Assembly: GCA_963514005.1 (NCBI GenBank)
Contig: OY740795.1
Location: 992,001 to 1,056,000 of the forward strand
Direction of reading: 5' to 3'
DNA: 64,000 nt
DNA from: Raja brachyura
Lineage: Eukaryota
Part shown: positions 1 through 12,819 of the stretch, in pieces
Layout: the number at the start of each line of letters is the position of its first letter
How positions within the stretch are numbered: the stretch's first letter is position 1
Position numbers and translations under genes: made by a program
The notes under the pieces: generated by a model
Database searches by the model: none
Seen by the model: only the letters and a program-made list of their open reading frames with translations
Told to the model about the DNA's origin: nothing

Positions 1-241
1 AATCGTTCACGCCACCNNNNNNNNNNNNNNNNNNNNNNNNNNNNNNNNNNNNNNNNNNNNNNNNNNNNNNNNNNNNNNNNNNNNNNNNNNNNNNNNNNNN
101 NNNNNNNNNNNNNNNNNNNNNNNNNNNNNNNNNNNNNNNNNNNNNNNNNNNNNNNNNNNNNNNNNNNNNNNNNNNNNNNNNNNNNNNNNNNNNNNNNNNN
201 NNNNNNNNNNNNNNNNNNNNNNNNNNNNNNNNNNNNNNNNN

Positions 242-494
242 ACCTGGTGACGATTGTAATTCTCTCGCAAGGAAGATGCGGCCTCTCCAAATGCTACCTG
301 GTATTTATGGCGGTGGCGGATATCCTGGTCATTGTCACTGCCGTTATCTGATGCCGACCTCGGGTCATTTACCTCAACTCCACGTTGCTGTCCACCATCC
401 CGGCGTGCAGTCTCATTATTCTGCTCACCTGGGCTTCCGTCAGGTTCACGGTCGCGTTCACCTTCGATCGGTTCGTGGCCATTTGTTGCCAGAA
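242..494 (+). pseudogene. Disrupted GPR139-like GPCR exon-2 fragment (paralog of 4841-5757)
   Basis: Near-identical DNA to 4844-5118 (NLVTIVILSQGRCGLSKC...[15 protein letters not shown]) but with small deletions and frameshifts. It runs directly into CR1 RT sequence at ~495; the 5' side is an N gap. Confidence 0.85.
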
Positions 495-2700
495 ATGGGA
501 ATTTTCTGAGGATGTAACGGGGATAATGGACAAGGGAGAGCCAGTCAATGTAGTGTACCTGGACTTTCAGAAAGCGTTTGATATGGTCCCACATAGGAGG
601 TTACTGGCGAAATTAGAGCGCATGATATTGGGGTAGGGTGCTGACATGGATAGAAATTGGCAGACAGGAAACAACGGGTAGAAATTAACGGGTCCCCTTT
701 CAGAATGGCAGGCAGTAAGTAGTGAGGTACCGCAAGGCGCGGTGCTGGGACCGCAGCTATATACAATATATATATTAATGGTTTGGATGAAGGGATTAAA
801 AGTAACATGAGCAGCTGTGCAGATGACCAAAGCTGGGTGGCAGTGTGAAATGTGAGGAGGATACTGTGAGGATGCAGAGTGACTTGGACAGGTTGGGTGA
901 GTGGGCAGATGCATGGCAGATGCAATGTAATATCCGCCATTTTCTTGTTCCCCATAATGAATTCACCTGTTTCTGTCTTCAAGAGATCCACATTGGTCTT
1001 AACTATTTTTTTCCCTCTTCACATACCTAAAGAAGCTTTTATTATCCTCCTTTATAATCTTAGGCAGCTTCCCTTCGACCTCGTCTTTTCTCCCCGTATT
1101 GCCCTTTTAGTTATTTTCTGTTGCTCTTTAAAGTTCCCAATCCTCTTGCTCCCTGCTCATCTTTCCTATGTCACACGTCTTCTCTTTTATTTTTATACTG
1201 TCCTTGACTTCCCTTGCCATTGTCGCCTCTTACTCCCATTAAAATCGTTCTTCCTCTTTGGAATGAACTGATCCTGCACCTTCTGCATTGTTCCCATAAA
1301 TACCTGTCATTGTTGTTCCAATATCATCCCTGCTAGGGTCAATTTCCAAACATTGGCGAGCTCCTCCCTCATGCCTTAGTCCCCTCTGCTCAACTGTATA
1401 CTGACACTTCCGGTTGTCCCTTCTCTCTCTCAAATATAGATTAAAATTTACCATTTTATGGTCACTACCTCCTAATGGCTACGTTCCCTTGCGTTCCCTT
1501 ATCAAATCCGGTTCACCAGACAAAACTAAACCCAGAATTGCCTTCTCCCCCGTATTGTACAATACAAGCTGCACTAAGAATCCATCTGGGAGGCACTCCA
1601 CAAACTCCCTTTCTCGGGGTCCAGTGCCAACCTGATTTTCCCAGTCTACCTGCATGTTGAAATTTCCAATACCCACTGTAGCATTACCTTTGCGCCATGC
1701 CAATTTTAAGTATTGATGCAACTTGCACCCCATAAACAGGCACACAATCCAAGTTTAGTTTCGTATTACAGACCGATTCGAATCCTGTCCTCGATCGTAA
1801 CCCTCCCACCCCAGCCTAACAGGCGGCCCGATAGCATATTTTAACTTTTGATAAACATAAAACCGCAGGAAGTTAGTTACATTTCGTAATACAATAATCT
1901 AACCGAGTTTTTATATGTTGGTGGAGTCGGACAATGTCCAGTCCGGTCCCTTCTCTGACCCTTGTTTTGGAGAAGGTCCAGAGGAGGTTTACAAGGATGG
2001 TTCGGGGAATGAGTGGGTGAGCTTGTGATGAGCGTTTGCAAGCCATGGGCCGTTACTCAGTCCCTTTAAAGTTTTACTCAAACTTTAAAAGGTTGAGGGG
2101 AGACCTTATTGAAACTTACAGAATAATGAAAGTGGATATGGAAATGATGTTTCCACGGTGAGAGAGTCTAGGACAAGAGATCATAGCTCAGAATTAAAGG
2201 GCGCTCTTTTAAAAATGAGGCGAGGAGGAACATCTGCAGTCAGAGGGTAGTTAATCTGTGGAACTCATTGCCATGGAAGGCTGTGGAGGCCAAATTAGTG
2301 AATATTCTTAAGGCAGAGATAGACAAATTCTTGATTAGAACGGGTGTCAAGGGTAATGTGGAAACATAGAAACTTAGGAACAAAGAAAACACGTGCAGGA
2401 GTAGTCCATTCGGCCTTTCGATCCAGTACCACCATTCAATATGATCATGGCTGATCTTCCAAACTCAGTAACCCGTTCCTGCTTTTTTCCCATACCGCTT
2501 GATTCCGTTAGCCCGAAGAGCGACATCTAACTTTCTCCTGAAAACATCAAGTGAATTGGCCTCCACTGCATTCTGTGGCAGGGAATTCCACAGAATCACA
2601 ACTTTCCGGGTGAAAAAGGCATCTCAATCCTAAATGGCCGTACCCTTATTCTTAAACTGTGACCGCTGGTTCAGGTAACCCCCTACATCGATAACATTCT
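495..2700. mobile_element. Cluster of decayed CR1-type LINE fragments in both orientations
   Basis: RT motif [11 protein letters not shown] on plus (~550), ORF2 pieces on minus (935-1740) and 3' end fragments (~1975-2700). Boundaries approximate. Confidence 0.8.
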
Positions 2701-3110
2701 ACTCCTGTAGCTTGAGAACGTGAACTTTTACAACGTGCAATGTCCTCCTCCCTGAAAAGCAATGAAGCGTTAGGTTTTTCGGTCAATATTGTGTTCGTAG
2801 TCGCCCTTTCTATTTAATCTCACATGTTTTGCACTTTATTTCGCTCTATCCAACTTCGTTCTTGGAAATATCCGCAGCTACCTACTGTCAGTTAACTTAG
2901 ATTTGCAATATTCCATCATAAACATATATGTCTTCACTTTTAATTAGGTAACAAACGTGTGCAGATGACTGCCATAATTTGTTTGTTCACGTAGCTGTAA
3001 CTAACGATTATGATGATGTTATTGCTCTCGAGATTGCTCTGGACTAAATATAAGGACAGCGATGCCTCTATTAGAGATTGCAACTCGCCATTTGATTGTT
3101 CTCCAGGAGA

Positions 3111-3180
3111 ATGCATGCGCCTGGAAATGGACCTGTCTTCGCCGTTTATTACTCAACTCTTGCTACTTTCGGTGTTCCAG
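3111..3180 (+). CDS. GPR139/GPR142-like class A GPCR, exon 1 (MHAPGNGPVFAVYYSTLATFGVP)
   Basis: ATG at 3111, 70 nt, ends CCAG|GTAAAA in phase 1, matching the exon 2 acceptor phase. YY..LA.FGVP is the start of TM1. A TATA-like AATATAA lies at ~3047. Confidence 0.85.
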
Positions 3181-3884
3181 GTAAAATGTGACCTAACTCG
3201 GGCCAACGAGAGATTAATGGTTTCATATCTGGGTGTCTTTCTCGTTTTTTTTTGTTATTTAAGCGGCTTTTCATTACAAATTATGCAAAATAAATTAAGC
3301 AAAACATTTCTAGATAGTTTATTATGTTTGTGGAAAATATGAATTTAATCAAGCCTTGAAAATGCTTATGTTTTTTGCGAGGCCATTGGTCTACCAGATG
3401 TGATGTGAGTTGGTATTGCTTTATATTTTTCCACGACTAATCATTGCAGCGCAATCAAATCATAATGGCCTGAAATGCATGGATTACTTGCCTACATTCG
3501 CGTTCGCCCAATCTATTGCGATACACCCCATAGACACATCCCATAGAGGGCGCCGCTGCACAACGAGCTGCTTTGTATTCCCGAAAAGCCCCAATTCCGC
3601 AATTCTCACGAGTGCTACGTATGGAGACACAGAATTGCATTTATTGTTTATATCTGTTTATTTTCCTATCTGTCTTGCCTTCTCGATAAATGCGTATTCC
3701 GCCTTACTTCCGACAGTGTTTATAACACTGATGTATCCTCCTTCATTTCTACCGGTGTCTATCAAACCATTTTTTTGTTGTTATTTTCACATTCAGAATG
3801 CTATCTCCATGTACGCCTTATTCTCAACAAATTCATGTTGATGTACGGACGTTGGCACCAACAAAACACATCTCTAACCTCTAA

Positions 3885-4235
3885 GGAAGATTGTTCCCGA
3901 TGTTGGGGAGGTCCAGGACAAGGGGTCACAGCTTAAGGATAAGGGGGAAATCCTTTAGGACCGAGATGAGAAGGAATTTTTTCACACAGAGAGTGGTGGG
4001 TCTCTGGAACTCTCTGCCACAGAGGGTAGTTGAGGCCAGTTGATTGGATATATTTAAGAGGGAGCTAGATGTGGCCCTTGTGGCTAAGGGGATTAGAGGG
4101 TATGGAGAGAAGGCAGCTACGGGATACTGAGTTGGATGATCAGCCATGATCATATTGAATGGCGGTGCAGGCTCGAAGGGCCGAATGGCCTATTCCTGCA
4201 CCTAATTTCTATGTTTCTATGTTTCTATGTTTCTA
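3885..4235 (+). mobile_element. CR1 LINE 3' fragment in the GPCR intron
   Basis: Encodes RTRGHSLRIRG...FTQRVVGLWNSLP and ends in a (TTTCTATG)n tail. Confidence 0.85.
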
Positions 4236-4840
4236 ACGCGTCATTCTCCCTATAACCAATATGTGTTGAAATACGTCAAATATCTAAACTCAATCTATAT
4301 ATATAAATTAGGCGGCCATGAGCTCGTATTCTGTGTGCGACCGTTACGGTTTGTATCGCTCCGTTCTTCGGATACATTGCTGATAATAGCGCTGTTGGAG
4401 TATGGACTTTCAAATAGCCCGCGTATCCGGGTAAAGTGTTATATGAACGCATAGAATAATCATTGGGATCACTCCAGCATTTGTATCCAATATACTTACC
4501 CCGCAAGACGAACGCAGGGTGAACAGTGAACCTTTCATCATGTGTTATTCGAATTGCATGCTTTTATGTCTATTGCATCCACTGCTTATAATTTGTTCGT
4601 TTGATGTGTTAAATGATATATGGAATCTCAAACAAACCATAACTATTGATGTGAACATTGAATATATTATTTAATTGGAATCCCAGCCAGCGGTTTTAAC
4701 CAGATCAACTAATTTCACGCCTGTCTGCCGATAATGTAACGGGGTGCCAAATCACTACTGTTCTCTCTGACAATCTTTCACCCCACCCACACCCACGCCC
4801 TCTCTATCTCCCTCTCTCTCTGTCGCTCTCTCCCCCACAG

Positions 4841-5757
4841 CTAACCTGGTGACGATTGTAATTCTCTCGCAAGGAAGATGCGGCCTCTCCAAATGCATCA
4901 CTCGCTACCTGGTGTTTATGGCGGCGGCGGATCTCCTGGTCATTGTCACTGCCGTTATCTTAAGCCGACTTCGGGTCATTTACTTCAACTCCAGTTTCCT
5001 GTCCACCACCCCGGCGTGCAGTGTCATTATTCTGCTCAGCTGGGTTACCAAAGACGCTTCCGTCTGGTTCACGGTCGCGTTCACCTTCGATCGGTTCATC
5101 GCCATTTGTTGCCAGAAAGTGAAGCTAAGATATTGTACAGAGAAAATCGCGGCGGTCGTCATTGGAGCCCTTTGCCTGCTCGGCATTGTGAAAAACGTCC
5201 CTCTGTATTTTAAATATGAGCCCCTCTACATCATGGATAGCGTATCTTGGTACTGCATCATAAGGGAGATCTATTATACTTCAGTTGCATGGAGATTCTG
5301 CGATTGGCTGCACCGCATTTTAAACCCATGTCTCCCGTTCGTTCTGATCTCCCTGCTCAACGCCTTCACTATCAAACATATCCTTGCCGCCAGCGCAGCC
5401 CGCAAGAGACTACGCTCTCAAAACCAGGGCGATAAACAAAGCGACCCGGAGATGGAGAGCAGGAGACGGTCTATCATTTTACTCATGGCGATCTCTGGCA
5501 CCTTTCTCCTGTTGAAACTGACCTACATTGTAAATTTCCTCTTCGTCCAATTTTCAAGCAAGATCTACGCCACCAACAATAATTCCTATGATCCAAAGTT
5601 TATTCTGCAGGAAAGCGGACACATGCTGGATCTTCTCTGTTCCTGCACCAACTCGTGTATCTATGCGGGGACGCAGACAAAATTTAGACAGCAGTTGAAG
5701 ATAGCGGTCACGTACCCTGTCAATGTAATGAGCAAATGTATCGGGGTGCGATCATAG
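4841..5757 (+). CDS. GPR139/GPR142-like class A GPCR, exon 2 (328 aa spliced product)
   Basis: Polypyrimidine tract and CCCCACAG acceptor at 4840. Uninterrupted frame with 7TM motifs: MAAADLLV, FTFDRFIAICC, PCLPF, SCTNSCIY..TQTKFR. TAG stop at 5755-5757. Confidence 0.92.
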
Positions 5758-7859
5758 GAACATTCTGCCTCACTTTGCAATAGTAACACGGAATTGTTGG
5801 TCGCATTGGAACCGCATATATGCTGATTGTTTATATTCTCGGCCATAAAGTTAATGTTTGCCCTCCGTGAACTATGAAAATGCTTGCTGACGATTATAGG
5901 AATTAGGTAGTTGTAATCCTTCCAGTGCAAAATAAGCAAAACTGAGTTGTGCGGAGCAAATGCCCAATGTCAGAGAATAAATCGGAATGACACGATCATT
6001 GGGACATAATAACATTGGTTAGATATTGACCTCGGGCCGACGTGAGAATTCCCAACCCTCTTATTGAAACAGAGATGATGTGGGGTTTTTTTACACACTA
6101 TTCTAATCCTATTTGCGTAAAGATAACCCCTTTATGGTGCACCGGCCAGTGATATTTTACGAAATTTGTCGTCGTTCAAAAACTACAATTGGAGGGAGAT
6201 GGTTGCAAAGAGAGCAGTTCTAACTGAATAGCAAACTGGAAACTTCGGCATATGCACTGTAATGCTTTCTTTCTCCGGCCGGGAAGCAACACATTTGGTC
6301 ACAGAATTGCTAAATTAATAACGATCTATGTATTGCTTTTATTGATGTCTAATCAGTCTGGAAAAAAAATAAATGCTTGAGGCTAAATATATTGTCATTT
6401 CATCTCATTATAGGACATAGAAAGTATAGCTCAGGAAAAGGCACTTCGGCCCATATTATCGGTGTAAATTAAATTCACCTGCCAGGACATGATCCATCGC
6501 CCTCCATTCCCTGAATACCCATTTGTCTAAAAAAAATAAGCCTCTTAAATGACGCCATCATATCTAGCTCCACCGCCACCGCTGGCAGCGCGGTTCACAC
6601 AGCCAACATAATCTGCCTAAAAAGGAATCCCACTCATCTTCAAGATGTGGTCTCTATTCTTTGACATTTTAACCCTGGGGATAAGATTGCATTATGTTAT
6701 ATTCTTGCTCGTTGCACCATCAGTCCGCAGCCCCCCTCCCCCTCAGACCTCGCTGTTCTAATTTCCAGTCCAGGCGACAAAACCGCAGTTTATTCGTTTG
6801 TGCTAACTGACAAAGTCTTCAACCGCCTTTTCTGCAACCGCACCTCCAACGCATTTTTTGTATTTTGCCATTGCTTGGCTTCTCAACGGCTACCCATTGA
6901 AGGGACCTCTCGTGTTCTATCGTTCATTGAGACAGGCGGTCTGACATCCAAGAACCCTCTTGTCGCCTGTAACCCATGTAATCGGCGGTAACCGGTGAAC
7001 TATGATTATATATCAAACCGAAATTGCAGAAAAACTGATTGGAAATGAAATATTTCGCGTGTGGGCTGTGAGGAAAGATTAATCCGGTGGTACCACTCGC
7101 TTCCATACCACCTCATTTGCATTGTCGTTGCTTCAAATGTATGCCTTGTTCCTATTCAATTCATAGTGGAAGAAATTGAACCCGCAACAATTGTTGTCGT
7201 ATGGACTGTTATTTATTTGCAAAACATTAAAATAATGCGAAGGTGGACACAAAATGCAGGAGTAACTCAGCGGGGCGGGCAGCATCTCAGGAGAGGAGAA
7301 ATTCGTGACGTTTCTCCCTTCTATTGGAAACGTCACCCATTCCTTTTCTCCATAGGTGCTGCCTGACCCGCTGAGTTCCTCCAGCGTTTCGTGCCTACCA
7401 TAGACTTAAACCAGCATCTGCAGCTCTTTCCCACACATTAAAGAAAATGTCTGCTCCCAAAACAAACGTAGCTAATTGAACAAAAGAATATGTTCTATCT
7501 GAAAAATCGAAGAAATCCTAAGTACAAAGTTGACATTTTATCGAGAAGGGACAGGGATTACTGAAAGGAAATCGTTTGCATCGTGAATGTCGAGTCGTTC
7601 TGATAAAACGGATTGTGCCTTGTGACGCGCAGTTGGGTCATTTCTTCTGCATGCCGTCGGTGGAGAATCCCAGCGGCGAATATTTGCCTGTTTGGAATAA
7701 AGGGAATAGCGAACGGTGAAAACTGAGGTCCTTGGACTGGCATCTAGCCACAGGAAAGTTGGAGTGTGAGATTTGGTCAACATTTGCTGAACAGGGATTG
7801 GTCCAACACAAATCTCGGCACCCCGCAACTGTTCTTCCCCCTAGTCGCAACAGGGACAC

Positions 7860-8385
7860 AGTCCCCGTAGTCCTTACCTTTCACCGAATCAACCGTCCCA
7901 TACAACACATAATCCTCCGGCATTTTCGCTACCTCCAAAAGGGATCCCACCACCGGTCGCATCTTCCCGTCTCTACCCCTCTCGTCTTCCGCAGAGACCG
8001 TGCACTCCCAGGTTAACTCATCCCTACCCAACCAAATCACCCCATCCCCAGGTACCTTCCCCTGCAACGCAACAGACGCACCACATATCTCTATACCTCC
8101 TGCCTTGACTCTGTCCAGGGACCCCGACACTCCTTTCAGGTTAGGCAGAGGGTTACTTAAACCTCATCCAACCCCGTCTCCTCTATCCGTTGTTCAAGGT
8201 TTGAACTGTTATACATCGGCGAGACTAAACGTAGACTTGGCGACCGTTTCGCTGAACGCCTTCGCTCAGTCCATGTGCACCCACCTGATCTTCCGGTTGT
8301 CAAACATTTTAATTCCCCTTTTTACTACCACATTCACTTTTCTGCCCTGGGTCGCCTCCAGTGTCAAACACAAATCGTTGCAATT
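7860..8385 (+). mobile_element. Penelope-like retroelement fragment (GIY-YIG endonuclease remnant)
   Basis: YIGETKRRLGDRFAE at ~8210-8258; upstream VPVVLTFH...IQHIILRHF resembles the Penelope linker region. Frameshifted. Confidence 0.7.
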
Positions 8386-8424
8386 TTTGTAAAACATGTT
8401 GTTCATGTGTTCAATATCTAACTA

Positions 8425-10005
8425 CAGTGGCTTGCAAAAGTTTTCATACCCCTTGAACCTTTCCACGTTTTGTCACGTTACAACCACAAACGTAAATGTA
8501 TTTTATTGGGATTTTATGTTATAGACCAACACAAAGGTGCGCATAATTGTGAAGTCGAAGGAAAATGATAGATGGTTTTCAAACTGTTTTACAAATAAAA
8601 AACTGAAAAGTGTGGCGTGCAAAAGTAATTCAGCCCCCTTTACTCTGATACCCCTAAATAAAATCCAGTGCAACCAATTGCCTTCAGAAGTCACCTAATT
8701 AGTAAATAGAGTCCACTTGTGTGTAATCTAATCTCAGTATGAATACAGCTGTTCTGTGAAGGCCTCAGAGGTTTGTTAGAGAACATCAGTGAACAGCCAG
8801 CATCATGAAGCCCAAGGAACACACCAGACAGGTCAGGGATAAGGTTGTGGAGATGTTTAAAGCAGGGTTAGGTTACAAAAAATATCCCAAGCTTTCAACA
8901 TCTCACGGAGCACTGTTCAATCCATCATCCGAAAATGGAAAGAGTATGGCACAACTGCAAACCTACCGAGACATGGCCAACCACCTAAAGTGACAGGCCG
9001 AGCAAGGAGAGCATTGAACAGAGAAGCAGCCAAGAGGCCCATGATAACTCTGGAGGTGCTGCAGAGATCCACAGCTCAGGTGGTCGTCCACTCCACAAAT
9101 TGGGCCTTTATGGAAGAGTGGCAAGAAGAAAGCCATTGTTGAAACAAAGCCATAAGAAGTCCCGTTTGCAGTTTGCCACAAGCCATGTGGGGGACACAGC
9201 AAACATGTGGAGGAAGGTGCTCTGGTCTGATGAGACCAAAATTGAAGTGTTTGGCAAAACGCTATGTGCGGCGGAAAACTAACACTGCACATCACCCTGA
9301 ACACACCATCCCCACTGTGAAACATGGTGGTGGCAGCATCATGCTGTGGGGATGCTTTTCTTCAGCAGGGACAGGGAAGCTGGTCAGAGTTGATGGGAAG
9401 ATGGATGGAGCCAAATACCGGGCATTCTGGGACGAAAACCTGTTAGAGTCTGCAAAAGACTTGAGACTGGGGCGGAGGTTCACCTTCCAGAGGACAACGA
9501 CCCTAAACATACAGCCAGAGATACAATGGAATGGTTTAGATCAAAGCATATTCATGTGTTAGAATGGCCCAGTCAAAGTACAGACCTAAATCCAATTGAG
9601 AATCTCTGGCAAGACTTGAAAATTGCTGTTCACAGACGCTCTCCATCCAATCTGACTGAGCTTGAGCTATTTTGCAAAGAAGAATGGGCAAACATTTCAG
9701 TCTCTAGATGTGCAAAGCTGGTAGAGACATACCGCAAAAGACTTGCAGCTGTAATTGCAGCGAAAGGTGGTTCTACAAAGTATTGACTCAGGGGGGGCAG
9801 AATATTTTTGCACGCCACACTTTTCAGTTTTTTATTTGTAATAAAATTTGGAAACCATGTATCATTTTCCTTCCACTTCACAATTATGCACCACTTTGTG
9901 TTGGTCTATCACATAAAATCCCAATAAAATACATTTACGTTTGTGGTTGTAACGTGACAAAATGTGGAAAATTTCAAGGGGTATGAAAACTTTTGCAAGC
10001 CACTG
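8425..10005 (+). mobile_element. Tc1-family DNA transposon with both termini, frameshifted transposase
   Basis: TA|CAGTGGCTTGCAAAAGTTTTCATACCCCTTGAA ... TTCAAGGGGTATGAAAACTTTTGCAAGCCACTG|TA, with ~215 bp inverted repeats. Motifs VLWSDETKIE, HGGGSIMLWGCFS and WPSQSTDLNPIENLW are split over several frames. Confidence 0.95.
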
Positions 10006-10319
10006 TATATCTCTCGATTCCTTTTCCCCTGGCTTGGTCTGAAGAAGACCCGAAATCTCACCTGTTCCTTCTCTCCAGAGATGCTGTCTGTCCCGCTGGC
10101 TTACTCCAGCTTTTTGTGTCTATTTTCGGTTTAAACCACGATCTGCAGTTCCTTCCTACAAACAGGGAATCGTTACCTGCCTGTTCTTAAACGTTTACAT
10201 GCGAGCAAGGTTGAGATAACGAATTTTTAAAGTCCTGATTGTTGTAAATAAAACCTCAAACTGCAATAGCGATGTATTGACATGTCCATTACAGGGCATT
10301 GAGCCAGACCAGAAGCATT

Positions 10320-11003
10320 TGGCTTACAGGTACAGCAGGCAGTGAAGAAAGCTAGTGGAATGTTTCCCTTCGTAACAAGAGGATTTCAGTGTAGGAGTAA
10401 AGAGGTCCTTCTGCAGTTGTACAGAGCTCTGGTGAGACCACATCGGGAGTATTGTGTACAGTTTTGGTCTCCTAATTTGAGGAAGAACATCCTTGTGATT
10501 GAGGCAGTGCAGCGTAGGTTCACGAGATTGATCCCTGGGATGGCGGGACTGTAATAAGAGGAAAGATTGAAAAGACTAGGCTCGTATTCACTGGAGTTTA
10601 GAAGGATGAGGAGATATCTTATAGAAACATATACAACTATAAAAGTACTGGACAAGCTAGATGCAGAAAAGAAAATCCCAATGTTATTCGAGTCCAGAAC
10701 CAGGGGCCACAGTCTTAGAATAAAAGGGAGGTCATTTAAGACTGAGGTGAGAAAAAACGGTTTCACCCAGACAGTTGTGAATTTATGGAATTCCCTGCCA
10801 CAGAGGTCAGTGGAGGCCAAGTCACTGGATGGATTTATGAGAGAGCTAGATAGAGCTCTAGGGGCTAGTGGAGTCAATGGATATGGGGAGAAGGCAGGCA
10901 CCGGTTATTGATAGGGGACGATCAGCCATGATCACAATGAATGGCGGTGCTGGCTCGAAGGGCCGAATGGCCTCATCCTGCACCTATTTTCTATGTTTCT
11001 ATT
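10320..11003 (+). mobile_element. CR1 LINE 3' fragment
   Basis: LYRALVRPH.EYCVQFWSP and RTRGHSLRI motifs, followed by a TTTCTATG tail. Confidence 0.85.
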
Positions 11004-11969
11004 CTTGGCACTGAAATTGGGAAAGGGTCTGAAGATATTAGGGAGGTCTGTGAAAGTGTTGCGGGAATGATTCGGGAGATTTGTGCATTACATATGCGAC
11101 CTTACAGGATAACGAGTTTTAAACTGATTCTTAAAACAAGCAATGGACCATTTAGCACCTTCAGATTAATCTACCAGACGTCAAACATTGCACGTCTCAT
11201 TTACGAAACAATATATTGTTATTAATTATTGCTTAAATAACGCACCCTATCTCAACTATCCGTTTAGATATCAATCGCATCTGCGGATGGAGGGATCTTC
11301 GTGAGGAAGCACGTTCGCAGCATTCCTTCATAAATATCCCAACTCCATTGCTAAGATGGTACCTAGACTCAGAAGATGCCAATTTAACGACTGCAGAGAC
11401 ACATATTATCCAACATGTGCGATTTCCAAATAAAGACTAGTGAACGTGTTTTTTGGTTGTCATCAACTATCGCAAGGTCACATTTACACAGGGATTTCAG
11501 TTTTCTATTGTAATGCATCTAAGTAGTATTGTTCTGCCGGGTGGACCCTGCCTAGACTAAAAAGCAAGTAATGCAAACATAATGCCACAGGACAGTTGGA
11601 ATTATTGAAAAATGATTAAAAAAACAAAGACATAGAGATCACGTAGATAAGTTATAAGTTTAAGAACGATATGGAGATTGTATGTGGCGGAGGTGCAAAA
11701 TGCCCAGGCGATGTTAAGTAATCATTATATAACAGCAGAATATAAAACAGTGGCATGTGTACTGAGGGTGACGAGTAACTATCCTGCCAGCAAACGTTCA
11801 AAAACCTAAATAATTCAGCACTAACCTCACAACGTGGCTGGAGCCGGAGGACAGGCGGGGGGATACGTCATGGACAATCGAGAAATATTGCTTACACCGT
11901 TTATTCCGGACATGACCAGCGGCCACACGATGTCTTTCCATGTGCCAATTTGAGTGAACCAGCCTCACC

Positions 11970-12079
11970 TTACATCATCCAGACACAAACCGTCATCAGG
12001 ACATTGAACGCAATGCTCTTAAGCAGGAGGATCCTCAAAGCCATCAACGTCAGAGAGATAGCATTCACTTTTGATACAT
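11970..12079 (-). CDS. TRDC: TCR alpha/delta-type connecting peptide/transmembrane exon (xVSKVNAISLTLMALRILLLKSIAFNVLMTVCVWMM*)
   Basis: Acceptor TTGTTACAG, phase 1. Contains the TM Arg and Lys at the TCR alpha/delta spacing (R....K), plus KVN..SLT and FN.LMT motifs. TAA is followed by a G|GTGAG donor, and an AATAAA lies at 11900-11905. Confidence 0.9.
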
Positions 12080-12289
12080 CTGTAACAATGGAAAACATAN
12101 NNNNNNNNNNNNNNNNNNNNNNNNNNNNNNNNNNNNNNNNNNNNNNNNNNNNNNNNNNNNNNNNNNNNNNNNNNNNNNNNNNNNNNNNNNNNNNNNNNNN
12201 NNNNNNNNNNNNNNNNNNNNNNNNNNNNNNNNNNNNNNNNNNNNNNNNNNNNNNNNNNNNNNNNNNNNNNCACCCCTCTCTCTCTCGGT

Positions 12290-12649
12290 CCTTCGTTTGT
12301 CGCTTCGATATCCCACTTTCCTCCCCTATTTATTTTACATTTTTGTTTCTTCCTCTCTATCTTTCTTCGTTCTTTCCTTCCTTCCTTCGTTCCTTCCTTC
12401 CTTCCTTCCTTCCTTCCTTCCTTCTTACCTACCTTCCTTCCTTCCTTCTTACCTACCTTCCTTCCTCTTGCGTTATTTATCTATTTATTTGCCTGCTTAA
12501 ATATTTATCTACGTGCTTTTTTTGTTTTGTGTTCATTTGCTTGCTTATTTATGTATTTATCCATTTAGCTATTTATTTGCGTGTTTATCCTTTTTTGCCC
12601 TATTTACGTATTTATTTATCTCGCTCGCTTTCTTTCTCGTTTCCTTTCT

Positions 12650-12680
<31 letters not shown>

Positions 12681-12693
12681 GCTATCTCTCCCC

Positions 12694-12725
<32 letters not shown>
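12290..12725. repeat. Compound microsatellite (CCTT)n/(TATT)n/(CT)n/(AT)n next to the N gap 12100-12270
   Basis: Directly visible simple repeats. Confidence 0.9.
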
Positions 12726-12726
<1 letters not shown>

Positions 12727-12819
12727 ACCATATAACCATATAACAATTACAGCACGGAAACAGGCCTTCACGGCCCTTCCAGTCCATGCCGACCATTATT
12801 TTTCCCCTAGTCCCATCTA

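Noticed and set aside
3926-4153. Recurring ORF MIMADHPTQYPVPAFSPYPLIPLAT at many positions
   Set aside because: Antisense translation of the CR1 3' end, not a gene family.
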